64,000 nucleotides of DNA, from NCBI GenBank assembly GCA_965248265.1, contig CBDFJF010000002.1, positions 1,024,001 to 1,088,000 of the forward strand, read 5' to 3'. The notes below the pieces were generated by a model, which saw only the letters and a program-made list of their open reading frames with translations, had not been told where the DNA came from and did not search any database. Within the stretch, counting starts at the first letter, position 1; each line of letters starts with the position of its first letter. This document shows positions 19,984 to 30,077 of this stretch, piece by piece. Made by a program: the position numbers and the translations under genes. Source of the DNA: Candidatus Latescibacterota bacterium. GTDB taxonomy: Bacteria; Latescibacterota; UBA2968; UBA8231.

Positions 19984-20526
19984 CTACTTTTTCTTCGGCC
20001 GAAAGGCCACGAGGCGGGCCTCATCCGTTGTCAGAAAAGGACCGCCGATGAGGTCGATACAATACGGCACGGCCGGGAACACGGCGTCCAGGCACTCACC
20101 GATGGCCCTGGGTTGGCCGGGTAGATTGATGATGAGACTGCCGCCACGGATGCCGGCGGTCTGTCGCGACAGGATCGCCGTCGGAACTTTTTCGAGTGAT
20201 ATCTTCCGCATCAACTCGCCGAATCCGGGCATCAACTTCTCGCTCACGTCTTCCGTCACCTCCGGCGTGACGTCCCGGACGGCCGGTCCGGTGCCACCCG
20301 TCGTGATCACCAGGGCGCAATGATCGTCGTCGCACAGTTGGATGAGGGCCTGTCGCAGCTCATCTACGTCATCGGAGACGATCCTGGCCACGGCTTCCCA
20401 CGGCGAGGTCAGGACCTGGTCGAGGTACTCTTGTATGGCGGGGCCTCCCCGGTCTTCGTACTCGCCGCGACTGGCGCGGTCTGAGACCGTGAGGATGCCT
20501 ATTTGTGGGACTGTGTCGTCGGTCAT
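19984..20526 (-). CDS. mog: Molybdopterin adenylyltransferase
   Basis: TVSDR, TTGGTG...RDVTPE, MPGFGE, NLPG.P. Confidence 0.95.
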   Translation of the reverse strand: MTDDTVPQIGILTVSDRASRGEYEDRGGPAIQEYLDQVLTSPWEAVARIVSDDVDELRQALIQLCDDDHCALVITTGGTGPAVRDVTPEVTEDVSEKLMPGFGELMRKISLEKVPTAILSRQTAGIRGGSLIINLPGQPRAIGECLDAVFPAVPYCIDLIGGPFLTTDEARLVAFRPKKK

Positions 20527-20682
20527 GGTCGCTCCTGTTTAGATCCGTGGAATCTATGGCCAGTGACAAGGCCCGTCTATTGACCCACCAACGACTATGA
20601 CCGTTTATCCTCCGTCACCGTCCTGCGGCAGCTCCGGCCTAGGGGTCGGAATCGGTATGAAACCACCCTGCGAGTTGATGCC

Positions 20683-21495
20683 TTGAATGAATCCGAGAAG
20701 TACCTCTTCGACGTCCACGGGTTCTTGCTGATCGAAGATGTGCTCACAGCGGAGGAGCTGGCCGCCGCAAACGCGGCCGTCGACGCTCACGCCCACGAAA
20801 TTCAGTACAAGTTTACCGACCTCGCCCGCGGATCCAGCACCCTCGTGGGCGAAAGGGGGCGCGGGGACCTGCTCGGCATGCTGACGTGGGAGCAACCTCA
20901 TTGCCAGGTGTTCAGGGACATGATCGCCCATCCGCGATTGGCACCCTACCTGAAGGAACTCCTGGGACCCGGATTCCGGCTCGCGCAGATCGATGCTGTC
21001 ATCATGGACCAGGGGACGGAAGGCTTCTTCTTTCACGAGGGCGGTGAGCCCCGCGATCGTTCCCGGGCATTCCACTATCACAACGGGCGCATGTTCTGCG
21101 GTTTGACCAACGTCGCCATTCAGCTCACCGATGTCGGTCCGCAGGACGGCGGTTTCGCCTTTCTGCCCGGGAGCCACAAAGCGAACTTCCCCTGTCCGGA
21201 CGATATCCGCCTGTACCAGACGCATCAAGAGCGCATGGTACAACCAGCGGCGAAAGCGGGAGACGCCATTCTTTTCGTCGAGACTCTCATGCACGGCTCC
21301 TTGCCGTGGGTGGCCAGCCACCAGCGGCGAACGGCGCTTGTCCGGTTCAACACGGCGGTTGCCGCCGAAACCCTGATGGGGACCTACACCCCGCCTCCCT
21401 ACTACGACGAGCTGACCGAATCGCAGCAGTCGGTGCTGGCGGCGCCGGCCTATCAATACGAGGACAAGGGCTCGGAACTCTACCGGGAAGATTGA
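20683..21495 (+). CDS. PhyH-fold Fe(II)/2OG enzyme with HxG motif
   Basis: EKYLFDVHG, FFHEGG, DGGF..LPGSHK, ETLMHG, RR. Confidence 0.88.
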   Translation: MNESEKYLFDVHGFLLIEDVLTAEELAAANAAVDAHAHEIQYKFTDLARGSSTLVGERGRGDLLGMLTWEQPHCQVFRDMIAHPRLAPYLKELLGPGFRLAQIDAVIMDQGTEGFFFHEGGEPRDRSRAFHYHNGRMFCGLTNVAIQLTDVGPQDGGFAFLPGSHKANFPCPDDIRLYQTHQERMVQPAAKAGDAILFVETLMHGSLPWVASHQRRTALVRFNTAVAAETLMGTYTPPPYYDELTESQQSVLAAPAYQYEDKGSELYRED

Positions 21496-21612
21496 CGTAG
21501 CGTGGGCGGGACCGAGTATTCATGCTCGCAGCATCTCGCCCGGCGCATCTGATGCGTCGACGTGCCGTCCCGTTCTCGATCGGATCCCGAAAAACACTGG
21601 AAGGAAGCGAAC

Positions 21613-22800
21613 ATGACCGGCCTGGGCGAACGTGCAGAGAGTGAACGCGGACGTGTGTGCATCACCGGCGTGACGGCGATGCAGTTACAGAATGCCACCG
21701 GCCAAAGTCTGGTGCGCGTGGACACGGATTCCGGGTTGTACGGCATCGGCGAAGCGGGAGTGAATGGTCGGATCTGCAGAGCGAACCTGGGATGGCTGGG
21801 CCCCAAAGTGCTCCTCGGAGCTGATCCGCTCAATATCGACAAGTTGTATCACGAGATGATGGGGCTTCAACACACCTACCAGGCGCATGTGCCGACGGTC
21901 AGCGGCATCGACATCGCGCTGTGGGACCTGGCCGGCAAGATCCTGAATGTTTCGGTCAGCGAGCTGCTGACGGGCCGCTTTCGCGAGCGCGTCGACATGT
22001 ACTTCAACGGGGATCCATCCGACTGGAGCGATCGCTCCGTCATCGACGAATTCGTGGCCGAATTCCGTGCCCATCCCTACGGGTTCCGCACGCTCAAATG
22101 CAGCTTCCCGATGCCGGACGACGCGCATCTGTCGCGGCCGTTCGCGGGAGCCGTGGTGAATCAATCGATGAAGTCGAGTTCCCTGAAGGTCATACGCGAT
22201 GGTGTCGAGATGATGCGGGATGCCCTGGGGTGGGATCTCGATTTCATCACGCACTGTCACAACGAGTGGGATGTACCGACAGCGATCGGTCTGTGTCAGG
22301 CGGTAGAGGAATCGCGTCCCGTCTGGATAGAGGATCCGCTTCAGGTGTGGTCCGCCGACGCTTACCGGGGCCTCAGGTCGGCATCGCGTGTGCCCATCTG
22401 CACCGGGGAAAAGATCCATGGGTACCGCGATTTCTTCCCCTTCGTCGTCGATGGCGCCATCGACGTTCTGCACCCCGACCTGTGCTGGTGCGGTGGCATC
22501 AGTGGTGGCCGCAAGATTGCCGAGCTGGCCGATCAATTCGGCCTGCCAGTGGCACTCCACAACTGCGGCACCCTCGTCCACAACATGGCCAACGTCCATT
22601 TCGGAGCCAGCGTGCGCAATTTCAGCATGACGGAAACGCGACTCTACGAACGTGATTACATCGCCCAGATGGGGGGACTGGACGGTTTTGATATTGTTGA
22701 CGGCAAAATAGCCGTACCTGATGGACCGGGATTGGGTATCGAGCTGGTACCCGAGGTGCTGCGCGCCGAGCTCCCGGAGAATGAGCCCTTCTGGGAGTAA
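21613..22800 (+). CDS. Mandelate racemase/muconate lactonizing enzyme family (acid-sugar dehydratase-like)
   Basis: G.GE, SGIDIALWDLAGK, WIEDP, TGE, PD...CGG, PGLG. Start set at ATG 21613 after AAGGA. Confidence 0.9.
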   Translation: MTGLGERAESERGRVCITGVTAMQLQNATGQSLVRVDTDSGLYGIGEAGVNGRICRANLGWLGPKVLLGADPLNIDKLYHEMMGLQHTYQAHVPTVSGIDIALWDLAGKILNVSVSELLTGRFRERVDMYFNGDPSDWSDRSVIDEFVAEFRAHPYGFRTLKCSFPMPDDAHLSRPFAGAVVNQSMKSSSLKVIRDGVEMMRDALGWDLDFITHCHNEWDVPTAIGLCQAVEESRPVWIEDPLQVWSADAYRGLRSASRVPICTGEKIHGYRDFFPFVVDGAIDVLHPDLCWCGGISGGRKIAELADQFGLPVALHNCGTLVHNMANVHFGASVRNFSMTETRLYERDYIAQMGGLDGFDIVDGKIAVPDGPGLGIELVPEVLRAELPENEPFWE

Positions 22801-22820
22801 CCCTTCGCCCTACTCTGCCG

Positions 22821-23999
22821 ATGCTGACGGTAACCCGAGATCTTCTACTGCCGACGACGATCGTCGGCTCCTACCCGCGTCCACACTGGTTCGCCGAAAG
22901 CCTGCGTGGCCGTCCCTTCAAGATTGCCCTCGCCGACGCCGTGTTTCGAGAGCAGTACCTCGATGCGGTGGCGTGCATCCTCAACGACCAGGCTCGCGCC
23001 GGACTCGATATCCTCACGGACGGAGACGCACGATTCGATCGCGATGTTGGCGGCCGCTCCTGGTTCTCTTATCCCCTGGAGCGCCTGGGCGGTGTGGCGG
23101 GACACCGCGATCACGCGCCGGGATGGTCGCGTCGCATGGATCTGAAGCCCGGGCAGATCCTGTGGGAAGTGGAGGAAGCGTACCAGGCTCCTGTCGCCGT
23201 CGACAAGCTGGCAGCAGGTCCCATCGACTACGACGCGGTGTGGAAGAGCGCACAGCGTCTGACCGATCGCCCTGTCAAGTTCGGGGCCATCAGCGCGCAG
23301 ACGCTCCCGAGCATGTTGTGGAATGAAGCCTACGACACCGATGAGGAGATGATTCTGGCGCTGTGCGATATCATGAACGCGCAACTGAAGGCTGTCGCTG
23401 CGTCAGGGTGCCGCGTCATCCAGATCGAAGAGCCGCTGCACCACTTCATGTCGCTCAACCCCGACACCACCGATGCCGATCTCGCCTTCTTGACCGAGGC
23501 CTTCAACCGCGAAGTCGCCGGCGTCGACGCTGAGATCTGGGTCCACACATGCTGGGGCAATCCGAACCAGCAGGCCTTGCACTGGAATCGGCCATCCTAC
23601 GAGCGCGCCCTTCCCCATCTTCTGCATCTGGATGCTGATGTGATCACATTCGAATGCGCGAGTACCTCCGGGAAGGACCTGCCCTTGTTCGCGTCTCATG
23701 AAACCGACAAGAAAATCGCCATCGGCGTGGTCAGCCACACCAATACCACCGTCGAGCCCGTCGAGGTGGTGGCCGGCTTGATCCGAAAAGCCCTCGAGAC
23801 CGTGCCACCGGAACGCCTCGTCATCACCAGTGACTGCGGGTTCGGCCGTGAAGGGCTGTCTCGGCGGATCGCGTTCTACAAATGCGTCGCACTGGTCCAG
23901 GGGACCAACGTCGTTCGACGCGAGCTGGGCCTGCCCGAGGCTGAGGTCCGCGCCGCCGATGCAGACTTGGCGTTTTCGCCTCCCCGAGATTCAGCGTGA
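22821..23999 (+). CDS. Cobalamin-independent methionine synthase II family protein
   Basis: VGSYPRP, TDGD, QIEEP, HTCWGN, SDCGFG. Confidence 0.88.
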   Translation: MLTVTRDLLLPTTIVGSYPRPHWFAESLRGRPFKIALADAVFREQYLDAVACILNDQARAGLDILTDGDARFDRDVGGRSWFSYPLERLGGVAGHRDHAPGWSRRMDLKPGQILWEVEEAYQAPVAVDKLAAGPIDYDAVWKSAQRLTDRPVKFGAISAQTLPSMLWNEAYDTDEEMILALCDIMNAQLKAVAASGCRVIQIEEPLHHFMSLNPDTTDADLAFLTEAFNREVAGVDAEIWVHTCWGNPNQQALHWNRPSYERALPHLLHLDADVITFECASTSGKDLPLFASHETDKKIAIGVVSHTNTTVEPVEVVAGLIRKALETVPPERLVITSDCGFGREGLSRRIAFYKCVALVQGTNVVRRELGLPEAEVRAADADLAFSPPRDSA

Positions 24000-24829
24000 T
24001 TCTCGGTCTCGCCCTGCCTACGTATAGTGGCGTACTTCCGGCCGATCGTCCCCTCGGATGGCTACTGGATCGATGCCGGGATCACGGCTTTCGCGCCCTC
24101 GAGGCGTCCCTGCCGGAGCCGGACGGCGAGGATCCGGAACAGATCGGGAAGCGATGTGAGGACGAGGGAGTTACTTGGATCGGCTATTGGAGCGACGACT
24201 TCGTGACGCCGGATGGTGGCATGGATGGGTTGCTGGTCAGGGCGCGTGAGTCATTCGAGGCGGCTGTACGGGCAAGAATCGAGAAACTCGTCATCTTCGG
24301 GCGGGGGGATGTTCACAACCGGTTCTCGAAGAAGCCGCCTCTCGAGGATCAACTAAGCAAGGCCGCGGATCACCTCGCCCCCGTGGCCGAGTCCGCCGCC
24401 GAGCACGGACTCGTCCTCGGTTACCTGCCCCACCTGGATTACCGAGCGCGGGAAGCATTGCAGATCGTGGAAAGCGTGGCGTCGAAATCGTTGCGCCTGG
24501 CCTACGACACCACCAATGCCTTTCCTGTGTGCGAGGATCCCGTCGACGCCGCCAAGGTGGCGCTGCCGCACGCCATTGCCGTCGCTCTCAAGGACGTCCA
24601 GATATTCCCGCACCGATCGAACGATGTCACCATCTGGGGCACGCCGATCGGTGAGGGTTCGGTCGACTTCGCGACGATCTTCGAGCTGCTGCCCACCACG
24701 CTTCCCGATCCGGATCAGACCACCGTCTGCGTGAAGCTCAGGCTACCTCCCGAGTCCCAGGATCACGAAGCCTGGATGGGGCGGAGTCTCGACTTCATCC
24801 GTGGAAACGGCCTGTTTCCATCCGCGTAG
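23996..24829 (+). CDS. Sugar phosphate isomerase/epimerase (xylose-isomerase-like TIM barrel)
   Basis: DTTN, EDP, LKD, IGEGSVDF; some metal ligands look substituted. Confidence 0.75.
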   Translation: MILGLALPTYSGVLPADRPLGWLLDRCRDHGFRALEASLPEPDGEDPEQIGKRCEDEGVTWIGYWSDDFVTPDGGMDGLLVRARESFEAAVRARIEKLVIFGRGDVHNRFSKKPPLEDQLSKAADHLAPVAESAAEHGLVLGYLPHLDYRAREALQIVESVASKSLRLAYDTTNAFPVCEDPVDAAKVALPHAIAVALKDVQIFPHRSNDVTIWGTPIGEGSVDFATIFELLPTTLPDPDQTTVCVKLRLPPESQDHEAWMGRSLDFIRGNGLFPSA

Positions 24830-24844
24830 GACTCGGGGCCCTCC

Positions 24845-25591
24845 CTAGGCCAGATGAAGATCAGACGCATGCAGTGCACCCAGGCCCCGGTGCATGCGCA
24901 GCAGTTCCTTCTGGCGAGGGGATAGGCGGTCGAACCATTCTGCGGGGAAATCATCATGGGGGTCGAGCTGGAACATGAGCATGGATTTGCGATAGTGGGC
25001 GAATAGGGCATAGCGGTTGCGGTCGCTGCTGTTCGTACCGCCGGCGTGCCAGCATTGTCCGTTGAATATCAGCACACTACCGGCCTTGGCTTCCGGTTGA
25101 AATTCATGCTTGACGACCATTCCCTCCGGTGGTCCTGCGAGGCCACTCTTGTGGGAACCCGGCACGATGCGCGTGCCGCCGATCTGCGGACTGAAGTCCT
25201 CCAGCATCCATACCGTATTCATCATCACGGGGGAAACCGGGTTGAGCATGTTCTGGCCGACGTCGCTGTGAAAATCCTGCTGGCCGTCACCCGGACGAAC
25301 GATGCGGGAGCTGAGACTACCCAGGATCATTGTTGAGTCCAGAAAATGCTCCAGAATCGGCAAGGTCGCCGGATGATCGATCACTTGGAAGAATTCCGGA
25401 TCCAGTATGGGCAAGTTGAGGACCACCGTAGAGGTCCCGTTGCGGTTGACATAGTCCGGCTTGCCCGCTGTTTCCGCACAACGCACTAAGGCTTCTTTCA
25501 GTGTATCTATCTCATCCGGTTCGAGTACATCCGGAATCAGCGTAAAACCGTACAGCTCGATTTCCGTGATGGCTTGCTCTAAGGGTGTCAT
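24845..25591 (-). CDS. PhyH family Fe(II)/2OG oxygenase
   Basis: FHSD, GGTRIVPGSH, WHAG..N.S..R. Confidence 0.92.
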   Translation of the reverse strand: MTPLEQAITEIELYGFTLIPDVLEPDEIDTLKEALVRCAETAGKPDYVNRNGTSTVVLNLPILDPEFFQVIDHPATLPILEHFLDSTMILGSLSSRIVRPGDGQQDFHSDVGQNMLNPVSPVMMNTVWMLEDFSPQIGGTRIVPGSHKSGLAGPPEGMVVKHEFQPEAKAGSVLIFNGQCWHAGGTNSSDRNRYALFAHYRKSMLMFQLDPHDDFPAEWFDRLSPRQKELLRMHRGLGALHASDLHLA

Positions 25592-25698
25592 CTGTATTTC
25601 CTTCTTGTGGAACGGCGTGTGCGCATAGTATCCGTTGAAGATGGGGTCATGTCGAGGATGGGGGAGTAGCGCGACTATCCGAATACACCGAAGAAGGG

Positions 25699-26751
25699 AT
25701 GGAGATTATGGCCTTGGCACCAGCCCCATTGTTCCTCGTCAGCACCCACACAGACGACGAAGGAATCTTCGTCTATCGCCTCGCTGACGGGGACGGCCAT
25801 CTGGAGTTGCTGCACCAATACCGGGAAATCGGCAATCCGTTCTTAATTGATATTCACCCCAACGGCCGCGTCGTCTACAGCATCTCCACTCCGGACAATG
25901 CAGCGGCCCTCTCCCTGGATCGATCCAGCGGCGAGTTGGAGCTCATCAACACCCAGCCGACCCGGGGGGGACCATGCTACATCGAGGTTGATCCCAGCGG
26001 TCGGATGGTGGTGGTAGCCAACTATACAGATGGTAGCGTGATTTCGTTTCCGTTGGGGAAAGATGGCGCCTTGGGTGAGGCGGGGTCGTTCATCCAACAC
26101 GTAGGCAACAGCGTTCACTGGCGCCGTCAGACCGAACCCCACGCCCATTGCATCAAGGTGTCGGGCGATGGCCGATTCGCGTTCGCCGCCGATCTGGGCA
26201 CCGACAGAATCAACATCTACGCCCTCGATCCGGCTGCCGGCCGCTTGAGTCCCGCAGAGCAGCCCTTCGCTCGCGTTCCACCCGAAAGCGGCCCCCGGCA
26301 TTTCACCTTTTCACCCGATCACCGACACGGCTATGTCATCAATGAGATAGGGAACACGATCACGGCGTTCGCCTATGATGCTGAACGGGGGTTGCTGCTG
26401 GAGCGGGACACGGTACCAACGCTGCCCGCCGACTTCGACGGCGAGAGCGGTACGGCCGATCTAGCGCTTACCCCCGACGGGCGATTCCTCTACGGAACCA
26501 ATCGCGGCCACGACAGCATCGCCATGTTCAAGGTGGACGCAGACAGCGGCACCCTGTCACCGAACGGTTTCGAGCCGAGCCGCGGTGAGATGCCGCAGAA
26601 TCTGACGATGACGCCGGACGGAAAACTGCTCTTCGTCACCAATACCAAGGGCAACCAGGTTGTGGCCTTTCATATCGAAGAACAATCAGGTAAGCTCGAA
26701 TTCAGCTGTGAGACCCAGATGCCGGCACCGGGGTCTGCGGTACTCGGATGA
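25699..26751 (+). CDS. Lactonase (6-phosphogluconolactonase-like 7-bladed propeller)
   Basis: ANY, PHAH, DLGTD, GPRH, INE, NRGHDS. Confidence 0.9.
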   Translation: MEIMALAPAPLFLVSTHTDDEGIFVYRLADGDGHLELLHQYREIGNPFLIDIHPNGRVVYSISTPDNAAALSLDRSSGELELINTQPTRGGPCYIEVDPSGRMVVVANYTDGSVISFPLGKDGALGEAGSFIQHVGNSVHWRRQTEPHAHCIKVSGDGRFAFAADLGTDRINIYALDPAAGRLSPAEQPFARVPPESGPRHFTFSPDHRHGYVINEIGNTITAFAYDAERGLLLERDTVPTLPADFDGESGTADLALTPDGRFLYGTNRGHDSIAMFKVDADSGTLSPNGFEPSRGEMPQNLTMTPDGKLLFVTNTKGNQVVAFHIEEQSGKLEFSCETQMPAPGSAVLG

Positions 26752-26763
26752 GGGGGGTACGAG

Positions 26764-28401
26764 ATGAGTGTGGATCAAGCACGACATGACGCCCGCTGGC
26801 GCCGCCGCCGGATCATCTACAACAACGACGGCGACGATGCGCTGTTTGCCCGCGACGGTCTCGAACATGAACACGATGTCGCCGAGGCCCTGGCCGTGCG
26901 CACCTCCGGAGAGTTGGTGGACGATTTTCTCAATGCCCGCAGCACTCCGTTGATCGGCTCGCAGGTGGACAGCAACTGGTACGCCAGCTGCATGGCCGGC
27001 CTGACCTTCTCCCATCACACCAAGCTGGGTGGTTTTTACGGCAAGGAGCTGCCACAGGAGCTGGTGCACCGATACGGTCGCGACACGCTGGAGGTTCAGC
27101 TGGATTTCAGTCGCGAGAACTCGATGGAGGCGGTCTGGGCCCTGCGCATGAACGATACCCACGACGCCTATCCCATGGGGACGCGGCGCTGGAACTACGG
27201 ATTGGCGGCGTTCAAGGTCGAGCATCCCGAGTGCATGATGGGCGAAGAAAGCGATTGGGAGCGCTTCGAGGGCAACGGCAGGAAGGCGCATTGGACGAAG
27301 CTCGATTTCGCCATGCCGATCGTACGCGACCACATCTTCTCCATAATCCAGGAAGTGGCCCACAACTACGACGTCGACGCCATCGGGATGGAATTCTTCA
27401 AGTATTTCCCGTTTTTCCGTGAGTCACGAGAGGAAGAGCCGGTCACGGCGGAGCACGTGGAGATGATGACGGACCTGCTGCGCCGGATCCGCAAGATGGC
27501 GGACGAAGAAGGCGACAGGCGGGGCCGGCCCATCCTGCTGGCGGCACACACGGCACCCAGCATCGAGTTTTCCCTGTCCGTCGGACTCGACCTGGAAACC
27601 TGGCTTGCCGAAGGGCTCATTGATCAGCTGATGCCCGGCGGTCTGAACGAGTCCGTGTTCAGCCATTCGCACGCCGAGATGATCGAATTCGGGCATCGCC
27701 ACGATATCCCCGTCTACCCCTGCCTGTCGTGGGGATTCTGGGACAAGTGGGCGTACCTGGACCTGGCGCGTGGCCAGCATCGATCTCAGGCGTCGTACCT
27801 CGAAACGGTATATGGCGGACAGCCGGATCGCCTTGGCAAACCTTCCTACATCCTGGAATTCAATGGTTGGGAGGGCACCTTCGCAGCCTGGCGCGGTACG
27901 GCCATGAACCTGTTCGATGCCGGGGCCGATGGTCTCTACATTTTCAATCCAGGCCTGGGCAGGCCCGAATGGTGGCGGGAAATCGGCGAGACTGCCACCA
28001 TGGCGGGTAAGGACAAGCTGTTCGGGGTGGATGCATTCCCAGGTGAGTCCGGAAACGTTGATCAGGTGGAACTGATTCAGGGAACGCCCGTGCGGTTGAG
28101 TTTTCTGGTGGGCGAAGACATCGACACTGCAAGGATTTCCCGGCTCCGGTTCCGCGCCCATTTGTGGGATCTGTCCAACGAGGATGAAATCGCACTACAA
28201 TTCAATGGCCGACCGTTGGCAGGGCTGGAGCTCACCGATGCGTTTGCCTCACCCGATCAGGGGCAATGGCTGGAATGCGACGTTGACGCCAACCAGGTTG
28301 AACGGGGAAGGAACTCGGTCGAACTGCTGTTGAGCAAGCGAGCCGAGTCGCAGCAGGTTGCACTGTTGCTGAATGCCATTCAGCTGGTGGTGCGCTACTA
28401 A
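26764..28401 (+). CDS. Uncharacterised glycoside-hydrolase-like TIM-barrel protein (paralog A)
   Basis: IIYNNDG, LRMND.HD, YDVD, GADG.Y.FN, plus a C-terminal beta-sandwich. Confidence 0.7.
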   Translation: MSVDQARHDARWRRRRIIYNNDGDDALFARDGLEHEHDVAEALAVRTSGELVDDFLNARSTPLIGSQVDSNWYASCMAGLTFSHHTKLGGFYGKELPQELVHRYGRDTLEVQLDFSRENSMEAVWALRMNDTHDAYPMGTRRWNYGLAAFKVEHPECMMGEESDWERFEGNGRKAHWTKLDFAMPIVRDHIFSIIQEVAHNYDVDAIGMEFFKYFPFFRESREEEPVTAEHVEMMTDLLRRIRKMADEEGDRRGRPILLAAHTAPSIEFSLSVGLDLETWLAEGLIDQLMPGGLNESVFSHSHAEMIEFGHRHDIPVYPCLSWGFWDKWAYLDLARGQHRSQASYLETVYGGQPDRLGKPSYILEFNGWEGTFAAWRGTAMNLFDAGADGLYIFNPGLGRPEWWREIGETATMAGKDKLFGVDAFPGESGNVDQVELIQGTPVRLSFLVGEDIDTARISRLRFRAHLWDLSNEDEIALQFNGRPLAGLELTDAFASPDQGQWLECDVDANQVERGRNSVELLLSKRAESQQVALLLNAIQLVVRY

Positions 28402-28449
28402 GTTGAGAGGGGACACTCCCAGCACTTCCACGCCATCATCGCTGGCCCG

Positions 28450-29934
28450 TCACAGGCCCTGTGCTTTCCATTCCGCCAGATCGTCCAGGGGGAAGAGCGG
28501 ACGCGGAGCCTTGGTGAAGTCGAGAATCCGCAAGTCCGACGGTGACAATCCCGGACAGTCCGCGAGGATGGCGGCCACGGATATCTCGCTGTAGGCCAGG
28601 CGGAATCCCACCGGCGTTTTGACGACGACGATCTTTGCTGTCGTTGGCTCGAGACCGAGGTGGCGATAGACCATGGGATCGTGGCCAGCGCCCACCTGTT
28701 CGCTCAATACAACCTTGACCTCCCCGGTGTCAACGACAACGGTGCGTCCCATATCGATATCACTGCCCAGATGGCCGCCGATGGTGAAACGCCCGTCCGA
28801 GATCCGGGTGACCCGGCCCGTCACCGACACCGGTTTGCTGAAGATCCGATCCCGTTTCCCGCCGACCGAGAGTGTGACCACCTCGCCGATACCCGCGACC
28901 ACGGCTTGCTCCACGGCAAGGGGATCCACGACTGTGACGAAGGCTGGCCCTCCAAGCGATTGCCCCAGCATGGCCCTGAGTAGATGGGTGCTGTCGCCAG
29001 GAGCACCGGAGTTTACGCTGTCGGAGCCGTCGGCGATGATGACGGGACCTCCCTCGATGGCGAGGGCCTGGCGGATGGCCTCAGGGGGCGGCACCTTCTG
29101 TTCGAAAAACTCCTCTCGAAGATTCCAGGCCATCTGTGCCAACTGATCAGCCAATTTCTGGGCCAATTCGATGTCACCCCTGGTAGTAACTACCGTGGTC
29201 CAGCCCAGTTCGGGAACGTCGAGCCAGGGTTGGACGGGGAACAGGGAGACGGACAGCACATCTGTTTGCTCCTCCAGCTCTCGCGCAGCATCGAACCACG
29301 TCTTCATCGGTTCTGTAGTGGTAAAAAACCTGTCCGCCGGCGCGATCATGGGGATTTTTCGCCATGCAATAATCGGCGTCATTTCCCCTCGAAGATGGGA
29401 GAACAGCAGCTCTGCCGTCCGTTTTCCGGTCTCGAACATGTCGATGTGGGGCAGTGACCGATATCCAACCAGGATGTCACAGTGGTCGATTATGCGCCGG
29501 GTGATGTTGGCGTGATGGTCCAGGGAGATCGCGATCGGCACCTGCGGGCCAACACTCATTCTGATCTGGCTCAAAAGTTGACCCTCCACATCGTCCATGG
29601 TCTCGGCGACCATTGAACCGTGGAGGGAGAGCAGGACCGCGTCCACGGGCAGCGCCGCGACCAGTTCGTTCAAGAGGGTTTCCTCCAGGTGGGTCATGAC
29701 GTTAGCTGCCACTGTGCCACCCGGCCACGCCCCTGCCGCCAGGATCGGTACAAGCTCAACGTCACCGGCGGCCTCTGCCGCAGCGACAAAGCCACCGATC
29801 TCCTGCCCATCGCGACAGTTGGGGAGGACCTCCTCCCCGACATGAAGTCGATAGGCCTGGAAGTCTTCGAGTTCACAGCGGACAGGAGAGAAGGTGTTGG
29901 TCTCCTGCCAGATCTGAGCGATGGCGATTCTCAT
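28450..29934 (-). CDS. MlrC-like (M81) metallopeptidase
   Basis: ETNTF, LHGSM, LDHHAN, PHID, D..NSG.PGD. Confidence 0.92.
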   Translation of the reverse strand: MRIAIAQIWQETNTFSPVRCELEDFQAYRLHVGEEVLPNCRDGQEIGGFVAAAEAAGDVELVPILAAGAWPGGTVAANVMTHLEETLLNELVAALPVDAVLLSLHGSMVAETMDDVEGQLLSQIRMSVGPQVPIAISLDHHANITRRIIDHCDILVGYRSLPHIDMFETGKRTAELLFSHLRGEMTPIIAWRKIPMIAPADRFFTTTEPMKTWFDAARELEEQTDVLSVSLFPVQPWLDVPELGWTTVVTTRGDIELAQKLADQLAQMAWNLREEFFEQKVPPPEAIRQALAIEGGPVIIADGSDSVNSGAPGDSTHLLRAMLGQSLGGPAFVTVVDPLAVEQAVVAGIGEVVTLSVGGKRDRIFSKPVSVTGRVTRISDGRFTIGGHLGSDIDMGRTVVVDTGEVKVVLSEQVGAGHDPMVYRHLGLEPTTAKIVVVKTPVGFRLAYSEISVAAILADCPGLSPSDLRILDFTKAPRPLFPLDDLAEWKAQGL

Positions 29935-30077
29935 GGATTAGATTACCCCTCCCGCTGATTCGACGTCTCGCGGGCACTTTCAATTCGGTGGTGGGGAGCG
30001 ACGGTCCCTGTCTCGCGAATTGCACAATGTAATTCGCTCGGCAACGGGGGCGAAAGCTGAAAAGGAGTAAGGACTTC

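Noticed and set aside
20527-20682. Moco riboswitch upstream of mog
   Set aside because: I could not find the conserved motif elements on the minus strand by eye; an Infernal search would be needed.
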